Source of the DNA: Basidioascus undulatus
Taxonomy: Eukaryota
Assembly (NCBI GenBank): GCA_000826855.1
Contig: JTLS01000092.1
Coordinates: 1-32,347, forward strand
Reading direction: 5' to 3'
DNA: 32,347 bases
In this document: piece by piece, positions 1-15,095 of the stretch
How the letters are laid out: the number at the start of each line of letters is the position of its first letter
How positions within the stretch are numbered: the stretch's first letter is position 1
Position numbers and translations under genes: made by a program
The notes under the pieces: generated by a model
Database searches by the model: none
The model's input: only the letters and a program-made list of their open reading frames with translations
What the model was told of the DNA's origin: nothing

Positions 1-135
1 TTCTCATTCGAGGCCGCTGCCGCGGCTGCGCGGTCGGCCTCGCCGCAGCCGTTGGCGCGCTCGTGCGGGCCTTCGCCGCCGCCTGTGACGGAGCCGTCGC
101 CGACGCAGCGCAGCGGGGCATTCCGGCCCTGGTAA
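1..135 (+). CDS. 3' end of an unidentified gene (Ala/Pro/Ser-rich tail ending in FRPW)
   Basis: Frame 1 is open from base 1: FSFEAAAAAARSASPQPLARSCGPSPPPVTEPSPTQRSGAFRPW, TAA at 133-135. Composition then shifts abruptly to pyrimidine-rich, UTR-like sequence. Confidence 0.6.
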   Translation, partial: FSFEAAAAAARSASPQPLARSCGPSPPPVTEPSPTQRSGAFRPW

Positions 136-955
136 CCCCTCTCCTCCCTCCTTCCATAGTTCGTTTTGGACACGGACCCCGTCACGAACACTGTTGGCTC
201 CCCCTCCATTCGTTTTGGACTTTCGCGCCCTCTCCAGTGCCTTGCTATTGCCTCTCTCGCTTTCGTATCCCCTGCTCCCATTGCATGTTCGTCTCTTAAT
301 ATCGTAGCCGTTGCATCACATCTCGCATTCGCATGTTTTGTACCCCACTTCGTTCATTGCGCTCGCTCGACACCAAAATGACACACACACAAATTATATC
401 TAGTCGCACTTCTTGCATAGCCTACCATCTCACATTGCAATAATCCACAATGTCTTTCCAAATCTAGCCCATGTAATCGCTCGCACTTGTTCGCCACAAG
501 TGATAACCTGCCGTTGATGACACCCTTTCTGTGTGCGTGCTGTATGTGTCCCACGTCGTTTCAGAGCGTTCGCACGGTGCAGGGTCAACAAGGGTGAAAC
601 ACGCCGAAGGCAGTACGCTGCGTGAAATTTTACAGGCTGTGCCCTGAACAGCAATCCATGAAGCTGAAAAGTTGCTTGGCTGAAGCGTCTGAAGCGAAGA
701 AGAGGCTCCGGCGTTCCGAATGACCCTGACGTAGGTGTAGGCGTTGAGACGCAAGGCGGCCCTTCCCCCTTCTTGGCCAGAAACGATCGTCTCCGCTCGC
801 TCGGTGCCCGCCTTGCCGGCCTTTTCACTTGCACTCACACGACCATTATCGCCAGCCCCGTCACGGCGTCGTCCCAGGGCGAGCAGATACCCCTCCGGCC
901 CCTCCACCGCCGACCCGCCGCCGCGCCATCGCGAGCGACAGATTCTCAGGCCGGA

Positions 956-3900
956 ATGAAGTTCAGGTGCGTGCGTGTCTGGTGCTTGCTCAGATGCGGG
1001 GGGCCTTGGATGGACGACAGTTGCCTGTGTTCGGCATTCAGCCGCCCCGCTGTCGTCTCTGTTCTCCTCCGTTCCTTATCCACCGCGTTACATCTCCCCC
1101 CGGGCTCCCGGCAGAGATAGCTGACGATGGCATACACCCTCATTCTCGCCCCCCTCTCCGCCCTGCGATATGACTGCCATTAGTCACTCGCTCCAGATCA
1201 ACGCCGTGCCGGAATGGACGGACAAGTACCTCGCATACTCGAACCTCAAGAAGGCAATCTATCAGCTCGAGAAGGAGCAGACGCCCGACGCGGCCGTGCC
1301 GTACTCTGACGACGCCGAGGGCGAGATCCTCGAGTCCGCGGCACTCCTCCGCGAGCCCAACCAAAGCGCCAGCAACAAGATCTTCATCCCCCTCCTCGAC
1401 CGCGAGCTTCAGCGCATCGTCGCGTTCTACACCGACAAGGAGCGCGAGCTCGAGGCGGACAGGGAGGCGCTGCTCGGGGACATTGAGCGCGTCGAGGTGG
1501 CCGAGTTCCCGTATGGCGAGGGGGATGGTGAGGACGAGGAGGGCAGTGATGAGGGGAGCGACGATGAGGACGTCGATGCTGTCCCGAGGTTGCGGAGGTC
1601 TTCGGGAAGCAGGAGGAGGCCCAGCTGGAGGGGCAGGAGGGCTAGCAAAGCCGGTGAGTCGCTCGGGTCAGGACTGCAGACGGAGATGGACAGGAAAGGG
1701 ACCGCTGACGCCGGTGCAATCTAATAGACCTCTTCTCCGACCCGACGCGTTACAACGAGTCTCATCCGCACGACACCGACCTGCGTGAAGCGCACTATGC
1801 GCAGCCCGCCCCCGACTCCCCTGAAAGCTCCAATCTCCTCCTTCCGCCGGCCTCGGACGGCGGGTCCAGCAGCCACACCAGGTTCCCGACCGATGCGACC
1901 CGACGCCCGCGCACGCTCAGCAACCCCTCGAACGGCCACAACCGCTCGCCTTCGGCCCCCAATAAGCGTCCGTCCACGCGGCGCTTGAGCATGAGCTTCT
2001 TCGGACGCAGGCGCTCTGCCACGGCGGCGGAGATTGCACCGGGCGAGGCAGGCGCGTCGGTGTGGACCGCCGAGAGCGACTACGCGATCGACCAGCGCAT
2101 CATGTTCAAGCGCCGCATCACCGACCTCTTCGTCGCGTTCTCGGAGCTCAAGCAGTATGTCGAGCTCAACCGGACGGGCATGAAGAAGATCCTCAAGAAG
2201 TGAGGCGCCCTTTCCCTTTCGATTCGCGTTTTGGAACGCTGGGAGCTGACGAGCCCGGCGACACGCACAGGTACGACAAGATCACGGACAACGACCTCAA
2301 GGACACCTTCCTCGAGCAGGTCGTCGATCGCGCATACCCCTTCCAGAAGGGCACCATCGAACGCCCGGACGAGTCCATCCTCTCGCTCGCCCAGGCGTAC
2401 GCCAAGGTCGTCACGCTCGGCGACGTCGATCTCGCTCTAAAGCAGCTCCGCAGTCGTGAGTAATCTCGCTGCTTGAACAGAGTCCGTGCTCGAGCTGAAA
2501 GCGTTCTCGTCTTTCGCCTAGATCTTCGCGAGCACATCGTGCTCGAGCGCAACACCGTTTGGCGCCAGGTGAGTCTCGTTCTGGCTGACTGTATTATAAG
2601 TCTGCAGCTGATCATGCGTCTCCAGATGGTCGGCCAAGAGCGTCGCGCGCATGGTATCAGCCTGTCGCAGCCGCAACTGGCCATCGCCAAGGCGGGCAAG
2701 GCGACGGGCATCGCGCGCTACGTGCCCTCCTGGCTCTCCCGCCGACTCGTCGTCTCCACGCTCGCGGCTGCCGTGCTCATGGCCGTTGTCGACGCGGACA
2801 TCTACGACCGGCCCGAGGAGCAGAACTGCCTCGCCATCCTCATCTTCTGCACGATTCTGTGGTCGACCGAGGTGGGCCTATGTAACTGCGTGTCGACCGG
2901 GTAGGTCATTTCGGCTGACGGAAGCTGGAACACCCAGGCCGTCCCGCTCTTCGTCACCTCGCTCATGGTTCCGTTCCTCGTGGTCGTGTTGCGCGTGATC
3001 CGGACATCGGACGACGAGCGCGCACCGGCGAATGATGCGGCGAAGTGAGTTCTCTGACCGCGATGTGCTAGACGCGCTGTCCTAAAGTCGGTCGTCTGCT
3101 AGGTACATCTTTTCGCAGATGATGAACCCGACGATCTTCCTGCTCCTTGGCGTAAGTTGCTGCACCTGCATGCTGAGGCATCCAGGAGACTGAGCTTTCG
3201 TTCGCAGGGCTTCACCATTGCTGCTGCGCTCTCCAAGCACGGCATCGACCGCGTGCTCGCCATGCGCGTCCTCAGCCTCGCCGGCACGCGCCCGAGCTTC
3301 GTCCTCCTCGCGCATATGGCCGTCGCGTGCTTTGCGAGCATGTGGATCAGCAACGTCGCCGCCCCCGTACTGTGCTTCTCTCTTATCCAGGTTCGTCACC
3401 TAGCATCTTTTGGACGCTTCCATTCCAAGCAGGCGCTGATCGTCTTCGGGACAAGCAGCCTATCCTTCGCAAACTTCCGCCAAAGTCTCCTTACGCCAAG
3501 TCTCTTATCGTGAGCTTTGTGTCACAGTCATCAGGTGGGCTGAGCTGATGCACGTCCCTCGCAGCTCGGCATCGCTCTCGCCGCCAACATCGGTGGGCAG
3601 GCGTCACCGATCGCGTCAGTGAACCTGTCTTCTGATGCCAATTCAACCGGCTCACACACTTGTGCACGTCCAGCTCGCCGCAGAACCTGATCGCACTGCA
3701 AGCGATGGACCCTCCGCTCGACTGGCTGCAGTGGTTCGCCATTGCTCTGCCCGTCTCCGCTATCTCCCTCATCCTCATCTGGCTGCTGCTGCTCCTCTCG
3801 TTCGGTTCGGGCCGCGGCACGGTCATCAACCGCATCCGGACGAGCAAAGACTCGTTCACGCCGACCCAGTGGTTCATCGCCGCCGTCACGATCTTCACGA

Positions 3901-4926
3901 TCGCGCTGTGGTGTGTCGAGCACACTATCGAGCCTGTCGTCGGTGACATGGGCGTTATCGCTATCATTCCCATCGTTGCGTTCTTTGGTACGGGGGTCCT
4001 CACTGCCGTGCGTGTCTTCCGGTTCCGTTCGCATAATACTCTAGGCAGTGCTGATTCTTCTGGTCCGCATTCACAGCACGACTTCAGTTCGTCCGGCTCG
4101 TTTAGTGAACACCGTGAAGCCTGCGGCTGACCCACACTCTCACAGACTCGTTCCTCTGGACTATCGTGTTCCTCGCCGTACGTCTGACACTGTCGCTTCT
4201 TGCAGCGGTAATTGCGCTTGCTCACTTTGCGTGCATTTAGATGGGCGGTATCGCTCTGGGTAAAGCGGTCGTTTCGTCTGGCCTCCTCGACTCGGTCGAC
4301 CAATTCGTCAACAACGCCGTCGCCGGCATGGGCGTTTGGCAGATCCTCGCAGTCTTCAGCGGTGTGCTTTTGCTCCCATATTTTGCGGTGCACGTCTCAG
4401 ACCCTGACTTGAAACACCCACAGCCGTCGCTCTGGTAGTGTCCACGTTCATCTCGCACACTATCGCCGCTGTCCTGCTCGTCCCCATCGCCGCCCAGGTC
4501 GGCCAGGGCTTGGAAACGCCTCACCCTCGCCTTCTCATCATGGTGCGCCTGTCCGCACGTCTGACAGACTCCACAAACTGGGTTGACTGTGCTCGGGCAG
4601 GCGACTGCGCTCATCTGCAGTGCCGGTATGGGCCTGCCTGTCAGCGGCTTCCCCAATATCAGGTGAGCTCGAAAGACCCGCAGCTTCGCGATACGCCTCA
4701 GTGCTGACAGTCCGCTCGACTACAGCGCCGTGAGCCAGGAGGACGAGATGGGCGAACGATACCTCTTCACCGGCGATTTCCTCAAGAACGGCATACCCGC
4801 GTCGATCCTCGCCGCGGTCACGGTGGACACCGTGGGATACCTTCTCATGCGCCTCCTGTGTGTCTTTCTCTCTCTTCAACCGTCGGCTCCGTTGAACACT
4901 GACCCTTCATCAACAGCGGTTTGTGA
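956..4926 (+). CDS. PHO91: SPX-domain low-affinity phosphate transporter (PHO87/PHO90/PHO91 family), multi-exon
   Basis: ATG at 956 and intron 967-1183 give MKFSHSLQINAVPEW..YLAYSNLKK (SPX start). Later motifs: ELKQYVELNRTGMKKILKKYDK, LREHIVLERNTVWR, ASMWISNVAAPVLCFSLIQP, GIALAANIGG..SPIASSPQN, DFNSFLWTIVFLAMGGIALG, MGLPVSGFPN. The last micro-exon ends in TGA at 4924-4926. Which yeast paralogue is the orthologue is not resolved. Confidence 0.93.
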
Positions 4927-5258
4927 GGTGTCTTTCTATCTCGCGCTTATCGCATTCGCATGTATCGGAGTTGGGAGTCATGGACGAATACCCCACGTCT
5001 GAATCCTGATGGGCGGAGTTGCAATACGTGTGCTGACACTCGAAGATTGCAACCGCTGGTAAGGACTTGCGCAGACCGAGTACGTTGAATGATTGTCTAC
5101 TCGTTCAACGCCCATCAGCCAGAATCATTTGAGACGATTTTTTTCCGATCTCATGGACTGATCTGACCCTGCACGGTGGTATAGGTCGCAATGGCCTCAG
5201 TCTGCGACACCAAGGCTCGATGGTACAAATCCGCCCCCTGTGTGCATGCTCCTTTCGC

Positions 5259-5929
5259 GAGGCCTGCCCCGAATGCCTGGGTCTCCGCTGCGGTTCTTGA
5301 AGGCTCGGGCTTCCCGGCAGCGTCCTCTTTCTGTTAGATTCGAAGCACCCAGGGAAGGTCTGGCTGACCAATACCCTCTAATGGCTCCACCCAGGCCCCT
5401 CGGTTTCTCTGCGGTCTACACCCTTCGGTCACATCGTGCCCCGAGTCCAACTCGCATCTCCCTGTGGGTCGACATCCCTGCCCCTCTCCACATCTTCAGC
5501 CCTAACAGTCCTATGCAGGCCCTGACCCTCGAAGGCAACGCCATTCCGGGTGAGACTGTCCGCGCTGTGTTCGACCCCAAGGAGGGGGCGACCAAGTACT
5601 GTGAGTCAACGGTTGCGGACTCCGACCTTTGCTCGACTGACTGAAGCGTGTGCACTTCTCCCAGACGCCCAGTCCTTTCCGACCCGAACCCTACGACGCC
5701 CATTCAACTCGACGCCGACAACTCGTTCACCATCCCGGACGTCCTCGCCGGTCAGGTCTACATCATCATTACCACCTCCTCCGGCGCCATCGACGACGGG
5801 AATGTCGGTACGTCTGCACTCGGTGGTCAGCATGCAAGTTCGAACTCCGAGCTCACCATGCTGTTTGACTCTCCAGCTGCTGGCCCCGCTATCGTCGCGG
5901 TGGCCGATCCCTCCACTCAGTACGACTAG
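5259..5929 (+). pseudogene. Decayed, 5'-eroded Rds1-like/ferritin-like (Ferritin_2) gene
   Basis: Exon relics read EA(C/R)(P/H)-NAWVSAAVLEGSGFPAA, PLGFSAVYTL, VTSCPESNSHLP, PMQALTLEG..KYYAQ-LSDP..FTIPDVLAGQVYIIITTSSGAIDDGNVAAGPAIVAV. This matches my recollection of the C-terminal half of fungal Rds1-like proteins. Frameshifts lie at ~5271, ~5426 and ~5673. Confidence 0.75.
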
Positions 5930-6338
5930 GATAGTTTCTCTTTTTCTTTCCCCTTCTCAGGGAGCCACCTCTCCCGGAGCCACTTCTCCTCATCTTTGTT
6001 ATCCTTGTCTCGTAGACATACCCTTATTGCATGATTTCCTGATTTTCTATGCAAGCGATCGAAGACTGCGATGCTAGCCCTCTCTGTGACCATTGAGTAC
6101 GAAGCAGCCGACTGTTGCGACCAAGGCGCTTGAGCAGAATGGCTGCGTCCAAGCGACGACGTTTCTGTCGCCCATATGCCGTCATTTAACCAGAACATTT
6201 GGGGAGCACCAGGCGCCCGAAAGATGCGAAAAAAGGATCGTCGATAACAGGCTTGCGGCACTGGAAATTGACGTGCTTTCACGTCGAAAGCGTCTCACTG
6301 TCACTTCTCACTCTATGCAAAGCCTCCGTCTGCGCACT

Positions 6339-7492
6339 CTACAAATAGCGGTCCACCTCTCCAAAGCTCTGCACGATCGTCTCCCCATGCCTCTCCTCCT
6401 CGCTGAGGGGCGCGTTCCCTGGCCGGTCGAGGAGGAGCGTGCGCACGCCGACTTGCCTCGCTGCGCGGGACTCTGTCGGACAGGTGCGCACATGAACATT
6501 CTGGCAAGGATCTATGAATGGAGAAATATATGCACCCCTGAAGTTGTCTGTCAGGAAAAGGATCTTGGAAGGCTCGAGGTTGATGGCGGCGGCGATGGTC
6601 GTGTATGAGGAGGACTCGGTCTTGAGCCCGGAGGTGGTGTCGAAGTGGCCGGAGAAAAACTGCGGGCAAGAAATAGGAGGTAATCAGCGCATAGCAATAC
6701 CGGGGAAGCTGAGCGCAAATGTGCATACAGGAAGCAGGTCGCCCTTGTCGGAATATCCGAAGAGCAGCTTCTGCGCTGCGATGGAGCCGGAGGAGTAGAC
6801 GTAGACCTTCAGAGGCGGGTTGGAGGTAGTCCATCGTTGGAAGGCAACGGGGACGTCGGGGTAGACGCTACGTGACAGAGAGGACGGGTGCGTCAGCGTC
6901 GGACGGAAAGGTACGCATTTGTGAGAAGACATGAACGTACACGCCTTTCAGCTCCCCTGACGCATATCCACCTTTCCAGATATCGCCTACCCCAAGCCCA
7001 TTCTCTCACGGTTAGCCATTCTGCACAGCTCCCAGTCCAAACAGCGCGAAGACGCACCCTGCATCCCCTTGAGCGCCCCGACCTTGCGGTCTCGATCCAT
7101 CCAAGCTTCCACGTTGCGCACAGCGGCCTGCACCGCATCATCTACCTCACCCTCGGGCACAGCGACGGATCCAAATTCGCTGTTTTCGCCGTCCTGCGAT
7201 GCCTGCTCGCGGATGAGCGCGATGTGCGGTGCGCCGGAGGGTGTTGCCAGGAAGGAGGACACGAGGCGGCGGGCGAACGGGAACTGTGTAGGGCCGGGTG
7301 AAAGGTCAGGCCTCGAGGGGCCCTGGCGTGCTCGAGTAGGGATGGGGAGGGTCGACGGACGAGTATGTCGTGAACGAAAGTGATGGGCGTGGTCGTGCCC
7401 TCGATCTGCGTTCAAGCGGAGGTGAGGACCCTGAACGCAGTGACAGGCAGATATATGCGTACGTCGATCAGTACGGCCTTCGTTTGCGACAT
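6339..7492 (-). CDS. UTR4: Enolase-phosphatase E1 (HAD family, methionine salvage)
   Basis: Spliced product: [105 protein letters not shown] at 6339-6341. Confidence 0.95.
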
Positions 7493-7912
7493 TTCGATGG
7501 ATCGAGATGTATATTTGACGTCCGACTGCAGACGAGCAGATAGGTGGTGAATCGAAGGTCCGAATGGGTAGTGAGGAGGGGACAGCTGGTGATTTCACGC
7601 ACGACTTCCGTGTTCCTTCAACGCTCTTCGCGGCCTCGAGTAACATCAGCATCCCATCCCTATAGCGTCCTAAACGATTCCGTCCTTACCTTTGTACAAT
7701 TCAAGCGGAGCGAAGTCAAAGGAGCGTTTCGAAGAAGGCAAGGCCCGCGGGAATTCACTGGGCAGCATGTCCCACGAACCCTCACGCCGGTTCCGGCTCT
7801 TGCGGGCCGAGGGTCGCCTGCCCCTTGCGTCTTAACATGCAGGCTGGCTTGCTTTGGGGGCGAACCTCTCATCTGTTTTCTCATCCACTATACACAAAGC
7901 CGAATAAACAAT

Positions 7913-10900
7913 ATGGCGCTCACCGCTTTCCAACACACCGGCCAGCTCCTCTATACCCCTCAATCTCCCTCGACCTCGTCTCGGATCGACTGTTTCAGGG
8001 ACAGGATCAACGAGAAGTACGGGCTGCGGCTGGGTAACTACGAGCAGGTGGGTCTTGCTTCTCAATATTCCCCAGGTTATTCAAACTGAACGAGGAACGT
8101 TTAGCTGTGGCAATGGAGCGTCGACCATATTGACCAGTTTTGGGGCGAGTGCTGGGAGGAGGTGGGCATCGTGAGCAGTAGGAAGTGGGACGAGGTGCGT
8201 TCCCAATGTCCGCACCTTTCTCTGATATGTGTTCAGAACTTACCTCATGGAAGGATGTCGAGCACAGGTAGTCGACTCTGCTGCGCCGATCCAGTCAATC
8301 CCGCCCTGGTTCAGAGGCGCGAAGCTTAACTGGGCAGAGAACATGCTCGTCTGCCGGTCCTCGACCAAGGTCGCCCTCGTCCAAGCCAGTCCGTCCATCT
8401 TATCAAATTATATATCTTGAACTGCCCTCACACTATCTCGGACAGCCGAGCCTTCGCCGCCCACCGGCCCCATCGCTTCGACCCTTCGCCGCGTAACGTA
8501 CGCCGAGCTGTATTCGCTCGTCCAGCGAGCCGTGCGCACGCTTCGAGCGTGGGGCGTCAAGCCTGGAGACCGCGTTGGAAGCTACATGACTAACTGCATC
8601 GAGAATGTCGTCGCTGTTCTGGCCACTGCATCGATCGGCGCGATCTGGAGCTCCGCCGCGGCCGACTTTGCGCCCGAGGGCGTCGTCGAGCGGTTCGAGC
8701 AGGTGCGTTGTTGTATTGAAATTCCCTACCGGAGATTTGACTGAACACTGTGTCTAAAATAGATTCAACCCAAAGTGCTCTTCTCGCTCTCGTCTGTGCA
8801 GTACAACGGCAAGATGCATGCGCACATCCCCAAGCTCGACACGGTCGCTGCCGCTCTGACAGCGAAGGGCATCGCGCCCGAGAAGGTCGTGGTTGTTGGC
8901 GGCGAGGTTTCGGAGGGCCACATCGGGTGGGATGAGTTCTTGAGCGCCGGTCAAGGCGCGGAGGATGGGAAGGCGGAGGGTGAGATCGACTTCTACCAGG
9001 CCGACTTCGACCAGCCGCTCTGGTGCGTTCGTGTGTACCGCGTACGCTTCCACGGAGTAGCCGCTGACTGCTTGATCGATTTCCAGGATCCTCTTCTCTT
9101 CCGGAACGACCGGTACGCAGCAGTCTCTTCCCGCGTGGGCAAGTTCTTGAGCAAAGCACTGATCTTACGGGCCGCAACTGCAGGCAAGCCTAAGCCGATC
9201 CTGCATCGTGCGGGAGGGATGCTTCTGCAGGTGTGATCTCCAGTGGTACCGATAAAGCGTTGACGAAGCTAACAGTCAGGGTTGATGCTCGTCAGGCTAA
9301 GAAAGAGCACATTCTGCACTCGAACCTCACGCCGGACGACGTCTTCTTCTACTTCACCACGCGTTAGTCTTGGTCTTTGCACGTCACGGCCGGACCGAAC
9401 TGCAGCTGATCAGCCTCACGAATGTGATCAGCCGGCTGGATGATGTGGAACTACCTTGTCCAGGGCTTAAGGTACCTTCTGCGTCGGTGCTCATTGTCCA
9501 CAGCTGCCTCGCTGACGGTTGCGCAGCGTCGGCTGCACCCTCGTGCTGTACGACGGGGCCCCTCTGCAAGATCCCTCCATTCTGTGGCGGCTGGCCGAGG
9601 AGACAGGGATGACCGTGTTCGGGACGAGGTGAGCTGCGCTTCTCCAGTTTGCGGACGAACGCACCGGATCTAACATGAGATCGAGGGTACAGCGCGAAAT
9701 ACCTCGAGGTCCTGCAGCAGAAGGGCTATGAGCCGAAAAAGCACCACGATATCTCCCGCATCCGTACGCCTTGTGTAATCATTCATCCTTTCCAGCACGA
9801 CGATATTGAATGTCCGGCTCGCCCACAGGCCAAATACAGTCGACCGGCTCTCCCCTCACTCCACCTCAATTCGACTACGTTTACTCCTCCATCTCCCCGT
9901 CCGTGAACCTCGCCTCCATCGTGCGTCCTGTCCCCACGCTCCCCCTCTTCGTGGCTGATCTCTTCACCACGTCCCGCCCAATTGCAGACCGGCGGCACGG
10001 ACCTCTGCAGTCTCTTCGGCGCGCCGCTCGCGTCCGGCCCCGTTTATCGCGGCGAGATTCAAGTCCGCGGCCTGGGCATGGACGTGCGCTCGTGGGACGT
10101 CGACGCCGGTCGGGAAGCTGCGCCCGGACAGCCTGGAGATCTCGTTTGTGCCAAGAGCTTCCCGATCCAGCCGCTCGGGTTCTGGGGAGAGGAGCTCGGG
10201 GAGAAGGGCAAGCGGTATAGGGAGAGCTACTATTCCCAGGTTGAGGGGATGTGGTGTACGTGCTTGCTTGATTCAGAGGTTGGTTTTGTCGGTAGGGGAT
10301 CGAGAGACTGACGGTGCGGGACAAGGAGGATAGACCACGGCGACTATTGCATTCTGACGCCGCATCGAGGCGAAATCGGAGCAGGCATCGTCATGCTTGG
10401 TCGATCCGACGGTATCCTGTGAGTCCCCTGCGCAGTAACCCAATTTTCCCGTTTCCACCATTCTGATCACCCTCTCATCTGGGCGTTTAGCAACCCCGGC
10501 GGCATCCGCTTCGGCTCATCGGAGATTTACGACTCGCTCTCGTCCCTGCCCGACGCATCCGCCCCGCTCGTCGACTCGCTCGTGATCGGCCAGACGCTGC
10601 CGCAGTCGGGCGACGAGCGCGTCGTGCTCTTCGTGCAGCTCGCTGCCGGCGCGGTACTGAATGATGGGATGATCGAGAAGATCAGGAGGCACATCAGGGA
10701 GCGGAGGAGCCCGAGGCACGTGCCCGAGCGCGTCGTTCAGGTGCGGGACGTACCGCACACGATCAACGGGAAGAAGGTGGAAGTGCCGATAAAGAAGGTG
10801 CGCTTGCGCTCTGTTTCACTTCGACTTTCTGTAAGCGACTGACGGTGATTTCCTTTCCCCAGATTATCAACAAGATGGGCGCCGGCATTGCAGGCATCAA

Positions 10901-10985
10901 CCGTTCGACCCTGCGCAATCCCGAATGCTTAGAAGAATATGAGAAGCTCGGAGAGACGCTGAGGGAGGAAGTGAAGGGACGATGA
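7913..10985 (+). CDS. Acetoacetyl-CoA synthetase (acetoacetate-CoA ligase), multi-exon
   Basis: Motifs PPWFRGAKLNWAENML, GAIWSSAAADF, ILFSSGTTG|KPKPILHRAGG, GWMMWNYLV, STGSPL, TGGTDLCSLF, HGDY..LGRSDGIL|NPGGIRFGSSEIY, RSPRHVP, INGKKVEVPIKK. TGA at 10983-10985. Divergent from UTR4. Confidence 0.93.
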
Positions 10986-11599
10986 AAAGGCTGTAGCCGG
11001 AGGAAAGGGATGGCGGTTGTGGGCTCCTGCATCCGGGCTGCGAATGTATCGACAGACTCGACGTATGCCTTGGCCCTTCAGTTTGCCGAATTGTCTGCAT
11101 TCTGGAAACGGCAGCTTTCTTTCAATGTCTTCTGCCTTCATCAAGTTCTTATAAATTGCCACTGAAGACGCCGGAGATGCACCAACGCTAGACCGCTTGC
11201 TGGGAGCAGAGGCAGCAGCACTGATTTGCAGTTGAGACAAAAGCACTCTATACATCCGAGGGTTCCTTGATCGGCGGAACGTTGTATATGCATAGGCCTT
11301 GCAGGTCGCAGCAGGCAAAAAGATCAGAGGTACCTTTTGCGAAACGCACCTGTCATGTTCGAGAAGCACATTGGCTGAGCTATACACAACGAGTCAAACT
11401 GCACAAATGTGTAGCAGAGCCAGGGAAGATGTGCATGAAATTGTACTTCCTGTATTATGTAGTTGCCAAGAAACGGTGCTATCTACGGAGCGACCCTAAT
11501 GACATACCAGATTAGGCGGAGAGTCAGGACCGATTGTTTATTCGTTCGCATGCCGCCTGTTCATGTTCTCTTGATCTCTGACCAAGACCAACCTCGAGC

Positions 11600-14385
<2,786 letters not shown>

Positions 14386-15095
14386 AGACGCTCTGACTAG
14401 AGGCTTCTTGTTCTTTGTTACACAGGTTCTCTGCTCGAGATCGCGTATGTTGCTGTGTCGAGATGAGCCAGCGTGCCTGGCGATATGCGAGCGCTATGTC
14501 CAGCTGCGAGCGGCCATCTGTTAGACCTTGAGAGCATGACGATCCCGTTCTTCGCATTTCAAAACTTAGTGGCGCGAGCGAATGAGTACCGACCAGTATC
14601 CTGTTTTGCGTTTCCTCGCTCTGTAACGCCTCGAAGGGATAGAGCAGGGATCGTCCGCAGCGCCCCGAGCGTTACAACGCCACGGTAAGCGGTTAGTCAT
14701 ACGTCATATAATAGCTTTCGATTGCACCACATCTTGCATCGAAAGCGCCGAGCAATATTGGGGGTCATGTTGATCGAGTGAATGGGCTCGCGGAAATCGA
14801 GGAGGTCAGTGAGCGCGATCGAATACGTCAGTAGAACACCCCCGCGCGAAACACACGACCTGCCGAAGCGAGAGGGTGCGAAGAATCATAGAACATGCGC
14901 AGTACAGAGGTCGTGTGCGAAGTGCGAGAAGAAGCGGCGTGAGGGCAGGGGTGGTGAACGGAGAAGGGAAGTAAGGAGGTGGGGCATGGACCAGACGTGA
15001 CGCCCGCGTGGTTTCCTCGAACTCCAATGCATGGCGGCAGTAGTAGCAGCGGCAGCACCGGGAGACCGAAAGCGACCGTGGGGACGAGCGGACGC

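Noticed and set aside
3491..4393. 300-aa antisense ORF
   Set aside because: It is the shadow of the phosphate transporter exons on the opposite strand.
10929..11515. ORFs between the CoA ligase and the glucosidase relic
   Set aside because: No homology recognised, atypical codon usage, and no consistent splice structure.
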